Source: an uncultured Pseudomonadales bacterium (GTDB lineage: Bacteria; Patescibacteriota; Microgenomatia; UBA1400; PJMF01). Taken from it: a stretch of DNA of 64,000 bases. Below are positions 58,572 to 64,000 of this stretch, piece by piece; position 1 is the first letter of the stretch, and the number at the start of each line of letters is the position of its first letter. The translations under genes and the position numbers were made by a program. The notes beneath the pieces are model-generated. The model was not told the DNA's origin and ran no database searches. It saw nothing but the letters and a program-made list of their open reading frames with translations. The DNA lies in contig CAZPQG010000003.1 of NCBI GenBank assembly GCA_964588685.1, positions 36,179 through 100,178 of the forward strand, written 5' to 3'.

Positions 58572-59699
58572 ATGCTTATGAGCGCAGTAGTAATTGAACA
58601 CACCCTTGGAAAAGTCTTTGTCAAAAGAGATGGAAAAAAACAAACTGTGGACGCTAAGTTCTCTCCTGAATCAAACCCTTTTTCTTTAAAAGACGGGGAC
58701 ACTGTAATTACCGAGAAAGACGGCTATGTTGTGGAGGTCAGCGAATATAAAGACGGCAAATACAGCTCACAAATCTGTCTGTGCCCCAATTCCCAACTTA
58801 CTCTGGATATCTCCACCACAATCTCCAAGATTAAGCTTGAAAAAGGTTCTTTCCGGTTGGCAACCAACGCTCCTTTAGAAATTCCCTATCTTGATGTTGC
58901 ATATATTTTTGAAGAATTTCCCCAATTACAAAGCACGGGAAAAGGAGAAATTTTTTCTTTGGTAAAAATAACTGATGACAAGGTAATTTTTGCCAACAAA
59001 AGCTTTCCTGTTGATTTGGTCCACAAAAAATCCGATAAAAAAGTCCGCCTCAAAGCCAATGAGCAAGCAGCTGCAACTCCCGAAAAGATAAAAAAAGAAG
59101 AAGAGGTTAGTCAGAATATGCAAAACATCCTCTCCAAAACCATGGAAATTGGCCAGAATAAAATTAATAGTTTAACCATGGAAATACAACTAGGCTACTA
59201 CCAATCTTTGCAAGAAACCCAGCAGGAAATGATTAAGGCTTTAAAAAATAATCTCAACCAATACTCTCTTGCCAGTCTTAAATCAATTATCAACGGTTGG
59301 GGGGAAGGCCTAGAAAAAGAACTTGCACAAATGCCTGCTCCGCTTAAAGAAAAAGCAAAACCATTGGTAGAAAATGCAATCAAACAATGGGCAGAGCTCA
59401 CTCCCAACTTAATCAAGCTTAAAGCAAAATCTGAAGACAAAGGGAAAGACATTAAAGAAAACATTGAAGAGTTAATTAAAGAACTTAGAAAAAACCTTCC
59501 AGGAAAGCTGGCAGCAGAACATGAAGAACGACTCCGTCAGTATCTGAAGCTAACCAAGAGAAAAACCAAAAAGAAAAAACCAAAAAAGAAGAAGGCTAAA
59601 TCCAAACCAACAAAACTAGACAAAAAACTCAACAAACTGAACAAAGAAGTTGAAGAAGGCTTAGCCAAACTCTCTAAAGAAATTGAAGAAAACAATTAA
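58572..59699 (+). CDS. Hypothetical Lys/Glu-rich protein with poly-Lys C-terminal region
   Basis: 375 aa; C-terminus 'KRKTKKKKPKKKKAKSKPTKLDKKLNKLNK'. Confidence 0.4.
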   Translation: MLMSAVVIEHTLGKVFVKRDGKKQTVDAKFSPESNPFSLKDGDTVITEKDGYVVEVSEYKDGKYSSQICLCPNSQLTLDISTTISKIKLEKGSFRLATNAPLEIPYLDVAYIFEEFPQLQSTGKGEIFSLVKITDDKVIFANKSFPVDLVHKKSDKKVRLKANEQAAATPEKIKKEEEVSQNMQNILSKTMEIGQNKINSLTMEIQLGYYQSLQETQQEMIKALKNNLNQYSLASLKSIINGWGEGLEKELAQMPAPLKEKAKPLVENAIKQWAELTPNLIKLKAKSEDKGKDIKENIEELIKELRKNLPGKLAAEHEERLRQYLKLTKRKTKKKKPKKKKAKSKPTKLDKKLNKLNKEVEEGLAKLSKEIEENN

Positions 59700-59752
59700 T
59701 TATATTGTTTTAGTCTGTAGCTTTTTTAATTTAAGTTATTTATAATAAAAAT

Positions 59753-60211
59753 ATGAAGTCCTCTAAACTTCTTTTAATGGCACTACTTCATTTTATTGTT
59801 ATGTTTATTTTAATGTACTCCATGATTGATAGCTTCAACCACTTTTATTTTAATATAAATAAAATTTATATGGCGGGCATCATGACTGCTCCCATGCTTA
59901 TTATTGAAATCTTTTTAATGAAAAGTATGTATAAAGACAAGCAAAGCCTTACTTTTATTATGATAGCCAGTATTATTATTTTAGTCGTCTTTTTTGGTTT
60001 TATAAGAAAACAGGCTTTAGTGAAAGACAAGCAGTTTTTAAAATCCATGATTCCTCACCACTCAAGCGCTATTTTGATGTGTGAGGAAGCCTCTATAACC
60101 GATCAGGAAATTCAAAATCTTTGCAAGCAAATAATAGAAGCACAAAAAAAAGAAATTACCATCATGCAGAAAAAACTACAACAACTAGAAGATAATCAGG
60201 AACGACCCTAA
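59753..60211 (+). CDS. DUF305-family protein with N-terminal TM helices
   Basis: 152 aa; 'MIPHHSSAILMCEEA' DUF305-like HH motif. Confidence 0.4.
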   Translation: MKSSKLLLMALLHFIVMFILMYSMIDSFNHFYFNINKIYMAGIMTAPMLIIEIFLMKSMYKDKQSLTFIMIASIIILVVFFGFIRKQALVKDKQFLKSMIPHHSSAILMCEEASITDQEIQNLCKQIIEAQKKEITIMQKKLQQLEDNQERP

Positions 60212-60329
60212 AAATCATAACGTATCAACCTAATATAATCTCAAGTAGAAGCTCCATTAAAATTTTAGACTCTCCCATCCAATCTTACATAAATTCTAAC
60301 TGACTGATACAATCTTAAATAACAAATAT

Positions 60330-61175
60330 ATGGGACAAAAATTTACTCAACTTGTCAGCAGCCAGCTTAATAATTGGTACCAGCAGCTTGCCAACTCCAT
60401 CCCAAGCATTATCACTGCTTTCCTCGTTTTCTCATTTTTTTTTGCTCTAGCAAAAATTCTTGAAAAATACATTTATAAGACCATTGGCAAATTTATTGAA
60501 AAAAAAAGCCTAAAAAGATTCAGTACCTCTTTTGTTCGATTTTTAATAATCTCCATCGGCTTACTCACTGCTCTCAGTATTCTTAACTTAAACGGAGCCA
60601 TTGCTTCTTTGCTTACTGGTGCCGGCCTTAGCGGTCTTGTTATCGGCTTTGCTATGCAAGAGATAATTTCCAACTACTTTTCAGGGATTACTATTTCAGT
60701 CAGTGATCCATTCAAGCTAGGAGAGCTTGTGGAAGTAGCTGGAAAACTTGGCTTAATTAAAAAAATTAAAATTCGCACCACCGTCATCGAAACTCCTCAA
60801 GGACAAATCATAGAAATACCCAACAAAAACGTCGTCAACAGCCCTATCATCAACTATAGTATTACCGGCCGAAGAAGAATCGACATTTCATCTGGAATTT
60901 CCTACCAAGACGACCCTCAAAAAGCTAAGCAATTAGCTATAAGAGTTGTTTCTAATATCAAAGGAGTTGATAAAAACATGCCCATCGAATTTTTTTACAA
61001 TGAATTTGGAAAAAGTGCTCTAAACTTTACACTTCGTTTCTGGATGAACTTTGATAACTCTCAGATAAAGTTCTTTAATCTGAAATCAAAAGTCATTACC
61101 AAACTCCTTGAAACCTACAACAAAGAGGGCATCACTATGCCATACCCCACCAAAACCGTCAGACTTAAAAAATAA
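60330..61175 (+). CDS. mscS: Small-conductance mechanosensitive channel (MscS family)
   Basis: 281 aa; 3 TM helices followed by 'GELVEVAGKLGLIKKIKIRTTVIETPQGQIIEIPN' MscS beta-domain. Confidence 0.7.
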   Translation: MGQKFTQLVSSQLNNWYQQLANSIPSIITAFLVFSFFFALAKILEKYIYKTIGKFIEKKSLKRFSTSFVRFLIISIGLLTALSILNLNGAIASLLTGAGLSGLVIGFAMQEIISNYFSGITISVSDPFKLGELVEVAGKLGLIKKIKIRTTVIETPQGQIIEIPNKNVVNSPIINYSITGRRRIDISSGISYQDDPQKAKQLAIRVVSNIKGVDKNMPIEFFYNEFGKSALNFTLRFWMNFDNSQIKFFNLKSKVITKLLETYNKEGITMPYPTKTVRLKK

Positions 61176-61391
61176 AAAAAGTTTTTGCTCCCGTATTAGA
61201 CAAGCTTAGAACTACTGGTTTTGTGTCTTGTGAATGAAAGAAAAGAAAAAATTGCTGTTAAAATTAAAGCTGACAACAACTAACAATTTACACTAAAGAA
61301 GAGTAATAATTGATTGGCTCCCCATTCATAACATTACTCGGACTAGCTTTCCAATTTTAGTTTCAGTTAGCCAAACCCGAACAGCCACTGA

Positions 61392-62645
61392 CTAGCGGCG
61401 AATAAACAAGATGGCATTGGGGATGTTACGCCCCGGGCCAACTTTGTAGCTTCCTGACCAGAGGGCAGTTGAACCACCGTTATCTAAATTCAGAGCATTC
61501 TCCATACCTAAAGCTTTCATAACCAGAGCCGACTCTGCGACCGTGGCACTATGCACTACCCCAATATAGACTCGATTGTCTTGGTTGGCGACAAAACTGC
61601 GGTTGCCCCGACTCCCTTTTTTTGGATCACCGTCACCCCTAAAACTTACTTCGCCACCAGAAACCAACAATGGATAGTTAGACAACACGCCATTGGGACT
61701 GGTATCACGACCCCACTGTGAAACAGCACCCACGAAGCGAATATAACTGTCGTCAAAAATCACTGCCGGATTGTTGCTATAGACATTATTATCTGAGTTA
61801 AAATAAATACCTTTGTGATTCATGACTAACAGATCAAAACTGTTCTTCTTGTCGGCACAACTAGGATAAGCGGCTGGGCAGAAATAGGAACCATTTACAC
61901 CAGCATAAGCTCCATTACGTGACACATAGTCAGCCAACGACAAAACCGGGCAATCTTGGTGACAGTCGTTATCAGCGGCAGTATCGACAATCACTCTGGT
62001 TGAACTCAGGTCAGCAGCAATTAAACTCACCAGGTAAGAACCTGTTTCAGTTGTTATCTTTTGCCGAGAATAACCCGAGTTAGGAGGTGTTAAGCTTTCA
62101 GGAACACCAGCCGGAATCTCCATTTGAGCAGCAACATCCGCCAACTCTTGCTCAGTTTTTTCAATGCCCTGCTCCAGCTCAGCTAAAGTTGCGCTGGCTG
62201 AACTATAGTTAAGTTTAGACAGATAAACTAGAGCGTCAGTATAAAGTTGATCAAGATCTTGAGTATCGTCCGTCTTATTTTTTAGTTTTAGCAGCTGTTC
62301 GTAATATTCGCTCGTACTTTGCACCACTGCCTCAGTTTCTGCCATGCGCTGCTTCAGTTCTTCGTTAACTAAGTATTGATCTTCATTTTTAAGAGTAGTT
62401 AATTCTGCACTTAAACTGGCTTGCAGCTCTTCTGCCCTTGCTGCCTGCTGTTGGTTTACTTCAAGCTGCTGCTGAGATTGCTGCAACTGGTACCATAAGT
62501 ACCCACCGATGAATATGAGTGAAGCAATTACCCAAACAATTATCCCTATCACCAGATGGTGCCTGTTGAGTTTAAATTTAGTAAATAACGGCAACTGTTT
62601 AACCTTGAACAGTTTATTTTCTTTTTTTGAAAAAGGAGTGGGCAT
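61392..62645 (-). CDS. Phosphodiester glycosidase-family (DUF2233) protein with N-terminal TM and coiled-coil
   Basis: 417 aa; C-terminal 'ALNLDNGGSTALW' family motif. Confidence 0.5.
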   Translation of the reverse strand: MPTPFSKKENKLFKVKQLPLFTKFKLNRHHLVIGIIVWVIASLIFIGGYLWYQLQQSQQQLEVNQQQAARAEELQASLSAELTTLKNEDQYLVNEELKQRMAETEAVVQSTSEYYEQLLKLKNKTDDTQDLDQLYTDALVYLSKLNYSSASATLAELEQGIEKTEQELADVAAQMEIPAGVPESLTPPNSGYSRQKITTETGSYLVSLIAADLSSTRVIVDTAADNDCHQDCPVLSLADYVSRNGAYAGVNGSYFCPAAYPSCADKKNSFDLLVMNHKGIYFNSDNNVYSNNPAVIFDDSYIRFVGAVSQWGRDTSPNGVLSNYPLLVSGGEVSFRGDGDPKKGSRGNRSFVANQDNRVYIGVVHSATVAESALVMKALGMENALNLDNGGSTALWSGSYKVGPGRNIPNAILFIRR

Positions 62646-62755
62646 AGTCAGATTCTATCCAACCTTAAAACTAATACAACGGGCAAGCGTGAGTAGTCAG
62701 ACGCAGGCACGGGTTTTGTCCAATTTGTCAGGCGGCTGCAAAAGCTTTACTAATG

Positions 62756-63982
62756 CTAAAAAGGCCAAACTAGCGGTATCAAAAAGATTGCAGTTAAAAA
62801 AACTATCAAATCAAGAAAGATACCAAGCTTCCAATAATCGGTAAATTCATATTGCCCGGGCTCAAGTACTAATAAATTTGCTTGGTGGCCTACAGGTGTT
62901 AGAAATGCGCAGGATCCCCCAACAGCAACAGCCATAAGAAAGGGATCAATAGAAACTCCAAGCTCTTGAGCTATTAAAATAGCTACCGGAGCCATTAAAA
63001 CAGCCACTCCCACATTATTTACAAAGTCAGACATTAAAATACTAATTCCTAATACTAGCGCCAACATCATTGTTGTTGACGCGCTTGAAAAAATAGTTAA
63101 AAAGGTTGAGGATATAAGATGTCCTGTGCCAGATGAAATCATCGCCTCGCCAAAAGGGATCATCGCACCCAAGACTACGATTACTGACCAATCTATACTT
63201 TCGTAACCTTCTTTCACAGTTAATATACCTGCAACAATCATCGCAACAGCACCCAAAAAGAAGCTTATCTCTACTGGAAAAACCTGAAAAAGAGTAAGCA
63301 AAATAGTAGCTAAAAAAATCAGCATAGCTGCAGCCATATTAGATGAAGAAAGGAGTTTTGCCTCTCTTTTGGCTAGAGGAAGAAGTTCAAAATCATTTAA
63401 AAAATTATTAATGTTGTCTTGGTTTCCTTTTAAAAACAGGATATCTCCGTAGTTTAATCTGATGTCTTTTAGTTTTTCTTTTAGCTTTTCTCCATGACGA
63501 GAAAGGGCGGATACCTCAATATCGTATTTGACATCAATTTTTAAGCCTTCCAGACGAGATCCTCTTATCTTCGAAACAGGTCCCACGATCGCCTCAGCCT
63601 CTGATAAATCTTGTTCTTTTTCGCCTTTCTTTTTTGGACTCCTAATCTCTAAGTCGGTTATATTAATTATCACTTTCAAAACTTCCGGATCAGATTTGAC
63701 TAAAAGAAGATCGTTTTCATAAATCTTTTCAGATGACGGTGGGTCTTCAATTTTTTCATCTCCTCTAATGATAGCAGAGACAGTAAAGTCTTCTTCAACT
63801 TTTTCTTTTAAATCATTAATTGAAGTATTTATTAATTCTGATTCGGTAGGAACTAGAAGCTCTGACGTATAATCGCTTATATTGGAAAGAGATTCGTCAG
63901 TTCCCGCGCCTTTTTTTCTTTTTGGCATCAATCTCCATCCTAGAAGTGAGAGAAAAAGAATACAGGGGACAACAACCCACAT
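62756..63982 (-). CDS. DASS/SLC13-type anion permease with two central TrkA-C domains; 5' end probably beyond the window (frame open to position 64000)
   Basis: 408 aa visible; TrkA-C-like 'SAIIRGDEKI...LLLVKSD' and 'VSALSRHGEKL...GDILFLKG', then C-terminal transporter repeat; no stop between the ATG at 63982 and the window edge. Confidence 0.6.
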   Translation of the reverse strand: MWVVVPCILFLSLLGWRLMPKRKKGAGTDESLSNISDYTSELLVPTESELINTSINDLKEKVEEDFTVSAIIRGDEKIEDPPSSEKIYENDLLLVKSDPEVLKVIINITDLEIRSPKKKGEKEQDLSEAEAIVGPVSKIRGSRLEGLKIDVKYDIEVSALSRHGEKLKEKLKDIRLNYGDILFLKGNQDNINNFLNDFELLPLAKREAKLLSSSNMAAAMLIFLATILLTLFQVFPVEISFFLGAVAMIVAGILTVKEGYESIDWSVIVVLGAMIPFGEAMISSGTGHLISSTFLTIFSSASTTMMLALVLGISILMSDFVNNVGVAVLMAPVAILIAQELGVSIDPFLMAVAVGGSCAFLTPVGHQANLLVLEPGQYEFTDYWKLGIFLDLIVFLTAIFLIPLVWPF

Positions 63983-64000
63983 ACCTACTTGAGTAAAATC

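Noticed and set aside
1-64000. CRISPR array, cas operon, integrase or prophage at the tRNA locus
   Set aside because: Intergenic regions were inspected for spaced repeats and none were found. No integrase, recombinase or phage structural genes lie near the tRNA-linked repeats.

Overview
AT-rich, gene-dense chromosomal segment of about 64 kb carrying roughly 60 genes on both strands. The content is mostly housekeeping and stress functions: enolase plus cofactor-independent phosphoglycerate mutase, a long-form class II fructose-bisphosphate aldolase, PurF, GuaA, a Prs-like kinase, a minimal IscR-NifS-NifU cluster, Fe/Mn superoxide dismutase, a flavodiiron protein, nitroreductase, HPF, Pcm, ArsM, two secreted S8 subtilases, a P-type ATPase, MscS and TspO. 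Gene size and composition are compatible with a reduced-genome, probably anaerobic or microaerophilic lineage (possibly CPR/Patescibacteria-like), but that is inference only. Two tRNA genes lie at 1.6-1.8 kb, followed by a perfect 2 x 147-bp tandem repeat that re-uses the last 17 nt of the tRNA-Ser gene. I found no CRISPR array, integrase or obvious prophage. The candidates for an undescribed system are: (1) an EpmA/GenX-type aaRS paralog overlapping a non-KamA radical-SAM/SPASM enzyme; (2) a PHP/EndoQ-like nuclease immediately upstream of a UvrD-type helicase; (3) an AmmeMemoRadiSam trio co-directional with an S8 protease and flanked by an orphan Cas4-like Fe-S nuclease; (4) two adjacent, internally duplicated GH130-family proteins. 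All family assignments rest on motif recognition in the supplied translations; I ran no database search.
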